Below are positions 25,752 through 34,840 of a stretch of 64,000 nucleotides of DNA, piece after piece. The position numbers and the translations under genes were made by a program. The notes below the pieces were generated by a model. The model saw nothing but the letters and a program-made list of their open reading frames with translations. It had not been told where the DNA came from and did not search any database. The stretch is from Minisyncoccia bacterium (lineage in GTDB: Bacteria; Patescibacteriota; Minisyncoccia; Phycocordibacterales; UBA918), in the NCBI GenBank assembly GCA_964229335.1, contig CAXRCZ010000001.1, positions 742-64,741 of the forward strand. Reading direction: 5' to 3'. Every line of letters begins with the position of its first letter. The stretch's first letter is position 1.

Positions 25752-25855
25752 GTTAAAATCCTGGACGAAAGATCATCAACTTCTTTCAGTTTATTCACTA
25801 ATTGTTTTACATATACTTGTTTATGACTTTTTTTCACTTGAACCCAGAGGACGAG

Positions 25856-26092
25856 ATGTCTGAGGAAGAAGAATTAGATGATGATGACTCATCATCATTA
25901 GATGACGATATTCTCGACGAAGTGAGTGACGATTCTGACGACCTTGAAGATGACGATGTCGAAGGTTTTGGCCACACTGACGATGATGAGGAGGAAGAGG
26001 ATGAGGAAGAAGACACTGAAGACGAACCAGAAGTAGAGGACGACGCAGAAGACGTAGACTACGACCGGTTTGATGATGTTGATGAAATGTAA
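25856..26092 (+). CDS. extremely acidic 78-aa protein
   Basis: The sequence runs MSEEEELDDDDSSS...DRFDDVDEM. By my count 49 of 78 residues are Asp or Glu, with one Arg and no Lys. A strong terminator follows. The start could instead be ATG 25823. Confidence 0.5.
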   Translation: MSEEEELDDDDSSSLDDDILDEVSDDSDDLEDDDVEGFGHTDDDEEEEDEEEDTEDEPEVEDDAEDVDYDRFDDVDEM

Positions 26093-26107
26093 CCACTACT
26101 CCGATAC

Positions 26108-26137
26108 AAAAAGCGGGTGCTTTGGCACCCGCTTTTT
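26108..26137. terminator. bidirectional intrinsic terminator
   Basis: AAAAAGCGGGTGC-TTTG-GCACCCGCTTTTT lies between convergent genes. Confidence 0.75.
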
Positions 26138-26143
26138 GTATCA

Positions 26144-27391
26144 CTACTTCCTTACTTGTAGTAACGCTCGTTGTTTTTTGCCCCGCTGCAACAACACCAA
26201 GTTTGGTGAAGTCACATGAGAACCGATCGTATCTTCGACCGCGACTATTTTCTCGCTATTTAGTGTAATGGCACCCCCTTCAATAAAGGTCCGGGCCTCT
26301 CTCTTGCTCGACGCTAAGCCGCTTTTCACCAATACATTAATTATCTTGTCATTTATTAGAACCTCACATAGGGGCGCATGACGCTCAAGTACTTTTAGGT
26401 CTTCTTTGGGTAAATCAGTGAGCACTGTCGTTCCAAATAGCACTTCGGTGGTTTTTGTAACTGCAGCAGTCACTTTTTCACCATGCACCAATGTCGTCAC
26501 TTCATTGGCTAAGGTGTGTTGGGTAATACGAGCTCCGGGATCGGTTTGCATCTTTTGTTCCAATTTATCTATCTCTTCTAGTGACAGGAATGTAAATAAT
26601 TTGAGATAATCCACCACATTCTCATCTGCCACATTTAACCAAAACTGGTAGAAATGGTACGGACTGGTTTTTTCAGGCGACAACCAAATCGCGTTACCTT
26701 CACTTTTTCCGAATTTTTTACCGGTAGTTTTATCAACAATGATTGGAGTGGTGACCACGTGCGCCTCCGCATTCTCAAGACGACGAATCAAATCTACTCC
26801 TGCGACCATATTCCCCCACTGGTCAGAACCTCCAGTTTGGAGGGTGCAGTTTTTCTTTCGGTACAACATCAAGTAGTCGTACCCCTGTAACAACGGGTAC
26901 GCGAACTCGGTATAAGACAAACCGTTCTCACTAGCCAATCTTGTTGCAATAGCGTCCTTCTTTATTAATTCATTGACAGTAAAGAGTTTTCCAATGTCGC
27001 GCAAAAAGTCTAGCAACTTAACATCTTTGAGCCAGTGATAATTATTTACCATGTCGATTTTTACCCCACCAAACAACTGTTTGGCTTGTTGCTCCATCTT
27101 TCTTACCCGACTATCGATTTCTTTCTGTGAGACCAGCGCCCGCTCTGCGTTCGGCTTGGGGTCACCAATCATTCCTGTGCCTCCCCCCACCAACAACACC
27201 ACCTTGTGTCCAGCCAAGACCAAGTGTCGAAGCAGTATCCACTGCACAAAATTTCCAGCATGAATCGAGTCTGCTGATGGGTCAAATCCGTGATAGACCA
27301 CTCGTGGTGGTCCATCCAAAATATCGCTTAGAGATTCGGCAGTATGTTGATGGATAAACCCTCGTGCCTCCAATTCACTAGATAAACTCAT
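26144..27391 (-). CDS. tyrS: tyrosine--tRNA ligase
   Basis: GFDPSADSIHAGN is the HIGH-type motif and KFGKSEG is the KMSKS-type motif. An S4-like C-terminal domain is present. Confidence 0.95.
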   Translation of the reverse strand: MSLSSELEARGFIHQHTAESLSDILDGPPRVVYHGFDPSADSIHAGNFVQWILLRHLVLAGHKVVLLVGGGTGMIGDPKPNAERALVSQKEIDSRVRKMEQQAKQLFGGVKIDMVNNYHWLKDVKLLDFLRDIGKLFTVNELIKKDAIATRLASENGLSYTEFAYPLLQGYDYLMLYRKKNCTLQTGGSDQWGNMVAGVDLIRRLENAEAHVVTTPIIVDKTTGKKFGKSEGNAIWLSPEKTSPYHFYQFWLNVADENVVDYLKLFTFLSLEEIDKLEQKMQTDPGARITQHTLANEVTTLVHGEKVTAAVTKTTEVLFGTTVLTDLPKEDLKVLERHAPLCEVLINDKIINVLVKSGLASSKREARTFIEGGAITLNSEKIVAVEDTIGSHVTSPNLVLLQRGKKQRALLQVRK

Positions 27392-27470
27392 ATTTAAATA
27401 ACTTTAGCATATATACTGGCTCTTTTGTCTAGACAATTTATGCTACTATTTGCGGTATATAACTATATAT

Positions 27471-29747
27471 ATGAAGCTTCCAAGTATAAAAAATTTACGG
27501 CACCCCAAAAACAGCAAAGAGTTTGTGGTGGACTTACTCATTTTCTTATTTGCTGGAGGGCTATTGCTCGGAGCAGGTTTTTTAGTGTGGCTGGCCACCC
27601 TCGATATTCCTGACCTATCTACATTTGAAGAACGTCAGGTTCTACAATCAACTAAGATTTACGACCGCACTGGTGAAGTGATGCTCTACGACCTCCACCA
27701 AGATGTTCGGCGCACCATCGTCCCATTTGAGGAAATTTCACAACATGTGAAAGACGCTACTATTGCCATTGAAGATGATCAGTTTTACCAACACGCTGGA
27801 GTGGACGTGATGGCAATCGCTCGTGCCGCAATTCGAAACCTGGAAGATGGTGACTTGTTTGGTGGACAAGGTGGTTCAACTATTACCCAGCAAGTGATTA
27901 AAAACTCTATCCTGGAACGAGAGAAGACTTTGACTCGTAAGATAAAGGAAGCGATTCTAGCTCTTAAATTAGAGCGAGTGATGTCGAAGGATGAAATCTT
28001 GGCGGTGTATCTAAACGAATCTCCATACGGAGGAACCATTTATGGTGTTGAAGAGGCTTCAAGAGCTTTCTTTAATACCTCTGCAAGAGACCTCTCAATC
28101 GCTCAAGCAGCATATTTAGCTGCCATCCCCCAAGCGCCAACTTACTACTCACCCTACGGTAACAACCGGGCCGCATTAGATGCGCGACAACAATTAGTGC
28201 TGGAACGAATGAGACTAAACGGATTTATTACATCAGCTGAGTATGAGGAAGCTAGTAATGAAGAGGTGGAATTTGAAACACAAGTAGTTAGTGGTATTCG
28301 TGCTCCACACTTTGTTATGTATATTCGCGAACAATTAGCAGAGAAGTTTGGTGAAGAAGCGTTAGCAGAACAAGGTCTAAAAGTGATTACAACCCTTGAC
28401 TGGGAACTACAAGAAGCCGCTGAAGAAATTGTTCTAGAGCGGGCAACAACCAATAAAGGAAACTTTAATGCCTCTAATGCTAGTTTGGTAGCCACCGACC
28501 CTAAAACTGGAGATGTGTTGGTAATGGTGGGGTCAAAAGATTATTTTGCGGAAGATGTTGATGGGAACTTCAATATAGCCTTGGCAAATCGCCAACCTGG
28601 TTCCTCCATAAAACCCTTTGCCTATGCTATGGCATTTAGTAAGGGGTATTTACCGCAAACTATCTTGTTTGATGTAAGAACTCAATTCTCGACTGCCTGT
28701 GAACCATATGACCTCAGCTCTAGTGCTCCATGTTATGCACCAAACAACTACAACAATGAATTTGTTGGTCCGATTAGTATGCGTAACGCATTGGCTCGTT
28801 CGCTGAATATTCCGGCTGTAAAAACCCTGTACTTAGCTGGTATCAACGACACATTAAAACTAGCAGCTGATATGGGCCTCACCACCCTCAATAATCCCGA
28901 CCGATACGGGCTCACCATGGTACTAGGGGGCGGTGAAGTACGATTACTCGATATGACTCACGCGTATGGTGTATTTGCCAATAAAGGAATTAAGGCTGAG
29001 CCGCGAAGCATCTTACGAATTGAGGACACCCAAGGAAACGTTATCGAAGAAACTGAAGTAAAAGAGACTCGAGTGATAGATGAGAATGTTACCAACATGA
29101 TTAGTGACATATTGTCAGACAACGTAGCCAGAACGCCATTATGGGGAGCAAACTCACGCATCTATTACCCTAACCGAGACGTGGCTGCAAAGTCTGGTAG
29201 TACCAATAATTTCCGCGACGCGTGGTTGATGGGGTATGCACCAAATATCGCAGTAGGTACCTGGGCCGGTAACAACGATAATGCTCCAATGAGAGGTCTC
29301 TCAGGGTTAATTGTGAGTCCGATGTGGGCTGACTTTATGGATGTTGCTCTCGCCAAACTACCAGAAGAATCTTTTACCCAACCATCCATCAACACCAATG
29401 GAGTGAAGCCAGTTCTACGAGGTGAATACATCAACACCACCGCGATTTTAGAATCCTTACAAAATGAAGACGAGGATAATCCAGCTGATCTTGGTGCTAT
29501 TTACGGTAGCGTCCATAACATTCTTCATTATGTAAACAAAAACGACCCACAGGGCCCATACCCAAACAACCCAGCTAGTGATCCACAGTACTACCACTGG
29601 GAATTTGGGGTTGCAGGGTGGCGAGACGCTACCTTTGGTGCTTTGATAAGTACAGCCCAAGAAAATGAAGAAAGTGATTCAGAAGAGAATGAAGAAGATT
29701 CTGATGACGAAGACCGTGATAACGACAGGAATCGGGACAGGGACTGA
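27471..29747 (+). CDS. class A penicillin-binding protein (glycosyltransferase plus transpeptidase) with an acidic C-terminal tail
   Basis: AIEDDQFYQHAGVD and GGSTITQQVIKN are GT51 motifs. SSIKPF (SxxK), SLN and KSGST (KTG-type) are transpeptidase motifs. The tail is ENEESDSEENEEDSDDEDRDNDRNRDRD. Confidence 0.9.
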   Translation: MKLPSIKNLRHPKNSKEFVVDLLIFLFAGGLLLGAGFLVWLATLDIPDLSTFEERQVLQSTKIYDRTGEVMLYDLHQDVRRTIVPFEEISQHVKDATIAIEDDQFYQHAGVDVMAIARAAIRNLEDGDLFGGQGGSTITQQVIKNSILEREKTLTRKIKEAILALKLERVMSKDEILAVYLNESPYGGTIYGVEEASRAFFNTSARDLSIAQAAYLAAIPQAPTYYSPYGNNRAALDARQQLVLERMRLNGFITSAEYEEASNEEVEFETQVVSGIRAPHFVMYIREQLAEKFGEEALAEQGLKVITTLDWELQEAAEEIVLERATTNKGNFNASNASLVATDPKTGDVLVMVGSKDYFAEDVDGNFNIALANRQPGSSIKPFAYAMAFSKGYLPQTILFDVRTQFSTACEPYDLSSSAPCYAPNNYNNEFVGPISMRNALARSLNIPAVKTLYLAGINDTLKLAADMGLTTLNNPDRYGLTMVLGGGEVRLLDMTHAYGVFANKGIKAEPRSILRIEDTQGNVIEETEVKETRVIDENVTNMISDILSDNVARTPLWGANSRIYYPNRDVAAKSGSTNNFRDAWLMGYAPNIAVGTWAGNNDNAPMRGLSGLIVSPMWADFMDVALAKLPEESFTQPSINTNGVKPVLRGEYINTTAILESLQNEDEDNPADLGAIYGSVHNILHYVNKNDPQGPYPNNPASDPQYYHWEFGVAGWRDATFGALISTAQENEESDSEENEEDSDDEDRDNDRNRDRD

Positions 29748-29755
29748 GTATAAAA

Positions 29756-30049
29756 CTAGAGAATAGTGGTTGGTGAGCGATCGCCCAGGGAATCCTTCAG
29801 GTTTTTCAAAATAAGCGCCTCACGCTGCCGAATTTCGCTTTTAATGACACTTGGTGCGGTGAGATAGATTATCCTTGAAGATGGAATGTATCGTACCTGT
29901 GTTTCTAATAGTTCGAATCCTATCAACTCGGCCACCACTTTTCGAAACTCTTTTTCAACCGAAGCTTGTGGTGGGGTGAGTTTTTTCTTATATAAAGACA
30001 GGAGGTTTCCTAACTGCGCACTATTATGCTCGTGAGGTTTCTTTGCCAC
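29756..30049 (-). CDS. DUF721 (DciA-like) protein
   Basis: 97 aa, immediately downstream of dnaN. It shows the VVAELIG...TQVRYIPSSRIIYLTAPSVIKSEI...ILKNL pattern of DUF721 proteins, which commonly sit in dnaA-dnaN clusters. Confidence 0.55.
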   Translation of the reverse strand: MAKKPHEHNSAQLGNLLSLYKKKLTPPQASVEKEFRKVVAELIGFELLETQVRYIPSSRIIYLTAPSVIKSEIRQREALILKNLKDSLGDRSPTTIL

Positions 30050-30057
30050 AAGTAGAG

Positions 30058-31152
30058 CTACTTATTCATCGGCATTACCAAATAGCGACAACTCTTATCA
30101 GTTACCCCTTCTATAATCACCGCTCTACCGATTCCAGCAAAACTCAACTTTAATGAGTCGTCTTGAATAGAACTGAGTGGCTCAACTAGATATTGCTGGT
30201 TAAAACTAAGAATCAACTCATCCCCTTCCACCTCTGACTTGATGGTATCGGTAATGTGACCGACATCATTATTTTGCGAAGTAATAGTTACATTCTTAGT
30301 GGTGAGTGCTAAGGAGACTTGGCGAAACTTGTTTAAAAAGATAGAGGTTTTTTTGAGGGTTTTTTGCAAATCATCTTTCAACACTGTGGCGTAGGAAACA
30401 AACTCTTTTGGGATAATTTGTTGGTAGTCAGGAAAACTTCCGTTTACCAACCGCGAAGAAATATAAACCCCGGTCGCAAATTGTAGTGCACACTGATTTT
30501 CGTCAAGTAATAGTTCAGGGTCTTCTCCTACCACATCACATACCCGAGCTAGCTCTAGAGCGTTTTTTGCTGGAATCATAAACGAACTGTCGATAACCAA
30601 TCCTTTTTGGGGAACTGTTTTCTCCATTAATCGAAAAGAGTCTGTAGCAACAAACGTGAGGGAATGTTCTTTCTTCTGCTGCACATACACACTTCCTAGT
30701 TCTGGTTTTATAGAAGTGTTAGAGGCGGCAAACGCCACACTTTTGATACCGAGAGCAAACATTGCCCCGTTGGTGATTAGTTTATTTTTTTCTAATTTAT
30801 TGATGGTTGGGAACTCATCGGTGGCAAACACTTTGATTGAAGTGGTGGAGTGTGAGGTTTCCATTTGCAAGGTTTGCTCTTCCACTCGTAAGACTATTTC
30901 GGGTTGTCCGATTTGTTGGATGCTTTGTAGAAAAACTTGCGCTGGAACTGCCACCTCTCCCTCTTCTGTCACTTTTACCTCTAAGTCGATTGCAACGTTG
31001 ATTTCGAGGTTGGTAGCTTCTATTACCATCCGCCCTTCCTTGGTTCGTAATCTAACACATTGCAATATCGGTAAGGTTGGATTTTTAGCACTAACCCGTC
31101 CTACCAACTCCAAACTTTTTTGTAGCTGTTCTTGTCCAACAGTGACTTCCAT
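30058..31152 (-). CDS. dnaN: DNA polymerase III beta sliding clamp
   Basis: 364 aa. The N-terminal pattern LQKSLELVGRVSAKNPTLPILQCVRL fits, as does the position directly downstream of dnaA. Confidence 0.95.
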   Translation of the reverse strand: MEVTVGQEQLQKSLELVGRVSAKNPTLPILQCVRLRTKEGRMVIEATNLEINVAIDLEVKVTEEGEVAVPAQVFLQSIQQIGQPEIVLRVEEQTLQMETSHSTTSIKVFATDEFPTINKLEKNKLITNGAMFALGIKSVAFAASNTSIKPELGSVYVQQKKEHSLTFVATDSFRLMEKTVPQKGLVIDSSFMIPAKNALELARVCDVVGEDPELLLDENQCALQFATGVYISSRLVNGSFPDYQQIIPKEFVSYATVLKDDLQKTLKKTSIFLNKFRQVSLALTTKNVTITSQNNDVGHITDTIKSEVEGDELILSFNQQYLVEPLSSIQDDSLKLSFAGIGRAVIIEGVTDKSCRYLVMPMNK

Positions 31153-31455
31153 ATAATTTATTTATACACTATTTTAGCCTTTATTATTAGTCCTGTGGAA
31201 GTGTGCAAAACTACAATATGTGTTGTGTTTTCAGGTCAATATACTCCCCACCTTTTTAATACCCTTGTTGAGTAGTGGTCAAAGTAGTGTGGGTAGGTGT
31301 GAGGATAACAATCGTGGTGGTTATTGTTGTGGAAAAAACCAGCGTTGTACCCTCAATTTTTTACACTATCCCCCACTTATCATAGTTTGTTTTTAACCCT
31401 CTCCACAACTTATCTACACCTTAAATAAAAACTATCGCTCCCTAAGCGACAGTTT
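31153..31455. other. candidate oriC (dnaA-dnaN intergenic region)
   Basis: Three boxes are one mismatch from TTATCCACA or TGTGGATAA: TGAGGATAA (31300-31308), TGTGGAAAA (31328-31336) and TTATCTACA (31410-31418). Weaker boxes lie at 31288-31296 and 31399-31407. There is an AT-rich stretch at 31151-31190. Confidence 0.55.
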
Positions 31456-31461
31456 TTATTT
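31423..31461 (-). terminator. terminator-like hairpin after dnaA
   Basis: AAATAAAAACTATCGCT-CCCTA-AGCGACAGTTTTTATTT, with one mismatch. Confidence 0.5.
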
Positions 31462-32877
31462 AAGGAGCATTCGAACTTGGGATATTTCTTCCTCAAGCTC
31501 GCCACCTTTCTTGAGCTCGGTTTTTATTTTTTCACACGAGTGGATGACGGTGGTGTGGTCTCTACCACCAAGTTTTTTACCAATTGCTGGGTATGAAATC
31601 TGAAAATCTTCCCGCAAAATATACATAATAATTTGCCGCGGTTTCACCACCTCTTTACGACGAGTTTTCTCGTAAATACTAGCCTGATCAATATCATAAT
31701 AGCGAGACACTTTCTCTACCACATCCGATATTGCCAACGTTTTTCGTGGCCGAGAGCTGTTTTTTATAATCATCTTCACTTCCTCGACAGAAAGAACCCG
31801 TCCGTGTAGTTGAGATTGACACATAATTGTATTGAGTGCTCCTTCAAGCTCGCGAACATTTCCTTCAATACTATGTGCTAGGTAATCAACCACTTCGTCA
31901 TACAGCACGATACTGTTTTGGGCCGCTTTGGCGCGTAAAATAGCGGCTCTAGACTCAAGATCGGGTGCTGGTAGGTCAACAATCATTCCTTGAGAGAAAC
32001 GTGATTGAAGACGTTCTTCTAGTCCTGAAAGCAAAGCGGGGTGGATATCACTTGAGAAGACAATTTGTTTGTTGTTGTCATGGAGGGCGTTAAACAAGTG
32101 GAATAATTCCTCCTGAGTTTTTTCTTTCGAAGCTAGAAACTGAATGTCGTCCATGATAAGCACATCGTACTGGCGGTACTTGTCTTTAAAGTTGTTGGCA
32201 GTGCCATTTTGTAGGGAGTTGAAGTAATCAACTGCAAACCGTTCACTGGTGACGTAAAACACTTTTTTCCCAGTCTTTTTTACCCGATTCCCCACCGCTT
32301 GGATAAGGTGAGTTTTACCATGACCAGTTTTTCCATAAATAAACAGTGGATTGTAGGCGATACCAGGCTTTTCACTAACTGTCTTGGCTGCAGCGTGGGC
32401 TAGCGCGTTGTAGGGACCAACCACAAAAGTATCAAAAGAGTATTTTGGATTAAGATTATCAGTTTTGTTGACGTAATACTCTTCGAGAGGTAACGCAGCG
32501 TTAATAGTCTGGTTCTTGTTCGCCTCTTGTTTGCGGTCGTTGCGTTGCACTACTACATATTCCAAGCTACGTACGTGAGGAGAAAGCTCACGTAGAGTTT
32601 TAAGAATCATTGTGTTGAATTTGTCTTGCACCCAGTCGCGTACAAATACACTCGGTACCCCAATTGTGGCAGTGCCGTCTTCGAGAGTGACAATATGTGT
32701 GTCTCGAAACCAAGTTTTAAAGTTAGCAGCGGTGATAGAGAGTTCTATTTTTACCAACGCATCATCCCACAATTGCTTGACGTCTATTTGTTTGGTTTCA
32801 ACAATGCGGTTTGATGATGAGTGATGCGAGACGGTGTTCATAGATAGAGATACAGATTCACTGAATGTAGTATGCAT
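31456..32877 (-). CDS. dnaA: chromosomal replication initiator DnaA
   Basis: IYGKTGHGKTHL (Walker A), LIMDDIQFL (Walker B), a sensor/arginine region, and the C-terminal HTTVIHSCEKI DNA-binding motif. The start is taken at ATG 32877, with 32841 as an alternative. The track's longer extension lies in AT-rich upstream DNA. Confidence 0.95.
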   Translation of the reverse strand: MHTTFSESVSLSMNTVSHHSSSNRIVETKQIDVKQLWDDALVKIELSITAANFKTWFRDTHIVTLEDGTATIGVPSVFVRDWVQDKFNTMILKTLRELSPHVRSLEYVVVQRNDRKQEANKNQTINAALPLEEYYVNKTDNLNPKYSFDTFVVGPYNALAHAAAKTVSEKPGIAYNPLFIYGKTGHGKTHLIQAVGNRVKKTGKKVFYVTSERFAVDYFNSLQNGTANNFKDKYRQYDVLIMDDIQFLASKEKTQEELFHLFNALHDNNKQIVFSSDIHPALLSGLEERLQSRFSQGMIVDLPAPDLESRAAILRAKAAQNSIVLYDEVVDYLAHSIEGNVRELEGALNTIMCQSQLHGRVLSVEEVKMIIKNSSRPRKTLAISDVVEKVSRYYDIDQASIYEKTRRKEVVKPRQIIMYILREDFQISYPAIGKKLGGRDHTTVIHSCEKIKTELKKGGELEEEISQVRMLLK

Positions 32878-33137
32878 TATACCGGTGTCAGAAAAACTGT
32901 AAATAAAAATGCAAAATATTTTTAAATAATGGAAACTGCTACTCACCCAAAAACTACAACTGTGAATAACTTGTGCATAATTTTTTGTGCGCTGCACACC
33001 ATGATGTTTTTTAAAACAAGCAACAAACCCTTACCCAAATAAAACAACCAGACCCATACATTGCAATAATTGTAGAATTGTGGCATTGTAAAAATAGCTA
33101 GCACCCGAACATAAGCAATATAGTAAGGAGACTACTT

Positions 33138-33470
33138 GTGCGCACCACATTTATTACACTGGGAGCCGTACTAGGACTGGCTATAATGCCGGCAGCGGCA
33201 AAGGCTGAACAGGCTCGTGGGGTGGAGGTGACGCAAGATTTGTGCCCCTCCTCCCCCAGAGTTTCGTGCACCACTGGTGAAGTCTGGGCGCGGTGGGCTG
33301 CTAAGTCAATCAACCGCACTGTCGACCAAGCCTGGATTAAGCGGTTTGAAAATCGCGTCGAAGCGAGGGGGTATCAGAGCTATAAACTCCAGGTGGGAGA
33401 CATTATGGTTCTGTGCAAAAAGGGTGCAGCAGACTGCTCACCGGAACGCGTCCGCCGCATTAGCGGTTAA
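33138..33470 (+). CDS. small secreted Cys-containing protein, G+C-rich, function unknown
   Basis: GTG start. A signal-peptide-like N-terminus (TFITLGAVLGLAIMPAAAKA) precedes a mature part with four Cys residues. A terminator follows. The composition is visibly richer in G+C than the flanking DNA. Confidence 0.55.
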   Translation: MRTTFITLGAVLGLAIMPAAAKAEQARGVEVTQDLCPSSPRVSCTTGEVWARWAAKSINRTVDQAWIKRFENRVEARGYQSYKLQVGDIMVLCKKGAADCSPERVRRISG

Positions 33471-33495
33471 ACCCTTCCTCGCATATTTGCTCCAA

Positions 33496-33526
33496 AGGGC
33501 TGGCCAGCTCTCGCTGTGCCAGCCCT
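33496..33526 (+). terminator. intrinsic terminator
   Basis: AGGGCTGGC-(13-nt loop)-GCCAGCCCT followed by TTCTCTT. Confidence 0.55.
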
Positions 33527-33535
33527 TTCTCTTGC

Positions 33536-33563
33536 TTGAATTATTTTTATATTCCTATATAGT
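33536..33563 (+). promoter_or_regulatory. possible rpmH promoter
   Basis: TTGAAT (33536-33541), a 16-nt spacer, then TATAGT (33558-33563). Confidence 0.35.
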
Positions 33564-33584
33564 GTTGACCACTAAACAAACATT

Positions 33585-33734
33585 ATGCCAAAACGAACGT
33601 ACCAGCCAAAAAAGCGAAAGCGAGCCACTACTCACGGTTTCTTGGTGCGCTCTGCCACCAGCGCGGGCGCCAAGATACTGCGTGCCCGTCGCCGCAAAGG
33701 CCGCGCCCAACTAACTGTTAAAAAAGCTCGCTAA
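33585..33734 (+). CDS. rpmH: 50S ribosomal protein L34
   Basis: Below the ORF-track cut-off. My translation is [49 protein letters not shown] (49 aa), the canonical L34 pattern. Confidence 0.9.
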   Translation: MPKRTYQPKKRKRATTHGFLVRSATSAGAKILRARRRKGRAQLTVKKAR

Positions 33735-33763
33735 GAGCTTTTTTGCTATACTCTTGATTGAGT

Positions 33764-34114
33764 ATGTTTGCTACACATCAACGCCTATCTAGGCCAGAGT
33801 TTGAAACTTGTTTTACCTCTGGACGACGCTACCATGGAGAGGTGGCGACGGTAATTTTCTGCCCCTCCCCCACCCTCAAAGTCTCAGCGGTGGTGGGAAA
33901 AAAAGTCAGTAAAAGCGCTGTCACACGCAACTTATTGCGACGCCGGGTCTATGCTCAACTACGAGACTATTTGTTCGACTCACACACCGGAACATATATC
34001 TGTATATTGAAACCAGGAGCTAAAGATTTGAATAAGTCAGCGTTACATGAGACACTCAAGAGCATCTTACATAAAGTAGTTACCAGTCAAAATCAACCAT
34101 CAACCCATGTTTAG
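33764..34114 (+). CDS. rnpA: ribonuclease P protein component
   Basis: It lies directly after rpmH. LSRPEFETCF...KVSKSAVTRNLLRRRVYAQLR contains the RNR motif region of RnpA. Confidence 0.85.
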   Translation: MFATHQRLSRPEFETCFTSGRRYHGEVATVIFCPSPTLKVSAVVGKKVSKSAVTRNLLRRRVYAQLRDYLFDSHTGTYICILKPGAKDLNKSALHETLKSILHKVVTSQNQPSTHV

Positions 34115-34838
34115 TTATATTTGGCACACATTTTTCTTTGATCCGGTCTATAACGGACTAGTATTTTTTATTGATATTGCGCCACGCGGCGATGTCGGTC
34201 TAGCTATAATTGCGACAGTGATTGTAGTTAAGACTATTTTACTTCCTCTCTCAATCAAGGCGGTCAAAACCCAAAAGGTAATGCGGGAAATTGACCCAAA
34301 ACTAAAAGAAATTAAAACCAAACACAAAGACGACCGACAAGCCCAGGCTCAAGCCATGATGGAGGTATACAAAGAGTCTGAAATCAACCCTTTCGCTAGT
34401 GTAGTATTGGCCTTAATTCAAATACCAGTAATCATTGCCCTTTATTTTGCGGTCGCAACCGGCGGAGGAATCCAATTGCCGAGTATTAATGTTGATTTAC
34501 TCTACTCATTTGTACCGAGTCCGGAGCTGGTTAACATGAATTTTTTAGAACTGGTGAATATTCAGGATCGCAGTCTGTTACTGGCAGTGCTGGCAGGAAT
34601 AACTCAATTTCTCCATATCAATATGACGTTGCCCAAGCTTCCGGAACGAAAGCCAGACGAGGCTCCTACTATGAAAGATGACTTTATGCGCAGTATGCAG
34701 CTGCAGATGCGGTACGTTATGCCGGTAATTATTGCGGTGGTGGCGTACGTAATTTCAGCTGCCATCGCGCTCTACTTCCTGGTGAGCAACCTCGTGACAA
34801 TTGCCCAAGAAGTGTTTGTCAGAAAGCACCGTAACTAA
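34107..34838 (+). CDS. yidC: membrane protein insertase YidC (short form)
   Basis: 243 aa. It has the KTILLPLSIK...Q.KMREI.PKLKEIK and INPFASVVLALIQIPVIIALY patterns of YidC/Oxa1. Its start overlaps the rnpA stop. Confidence 0.9.
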   Translation: MFSYIWHTFFFDPVYNGLVFFIDIAPRGDVGLAIIATVIVVKTILLPLSIKAVKTQKVMREIDPKLKEIKTKHKDDRQAQAQAMMEVYKESEINPFASVVLALIQIPVIIALYFAVATGGGIQLPSINVDLLYSFVPSPELVNMNFLELVNIQDRSLLLAVLAGITQFLHINMTLPKLPERKPDEAPTMKDDFMRSMQLQMRYVMPVIIAVVAYVISAAIALYFLVSNLVTIAQEVFVRKHRN

Positions 34839-34840
34839 CG

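Noticed and set aside
25821-26144. Minus-strand ORFs 25821..26144 and 25834..26016 (poly-Ser/His/Leu).
   Set aside because: They are antisense translations of the GAn-rich acidic-protein gene. Their low-complexity composition is a direct by-product.
30656-31156. 166-aa + strand ORF inside dnaN.
   Set aside because: It is antisense to a well-supported dnaN frame.
32878-32997. Extended DnaA N-terminus (MQRTKNYAQVIHSCSFWVSS...).
   Set aside because: This is very AT-rich, non-protein-like sequence that more plausibly belongs to the promoter/origin region. DnaA-like sequence starts after the internal Met codons.
33277-33714. 145-aa + strand ORF spanning the rpmH region.
   Set aside because: It is out of frame with the clear L34 reading frame and crosses a terminator and a promoter.
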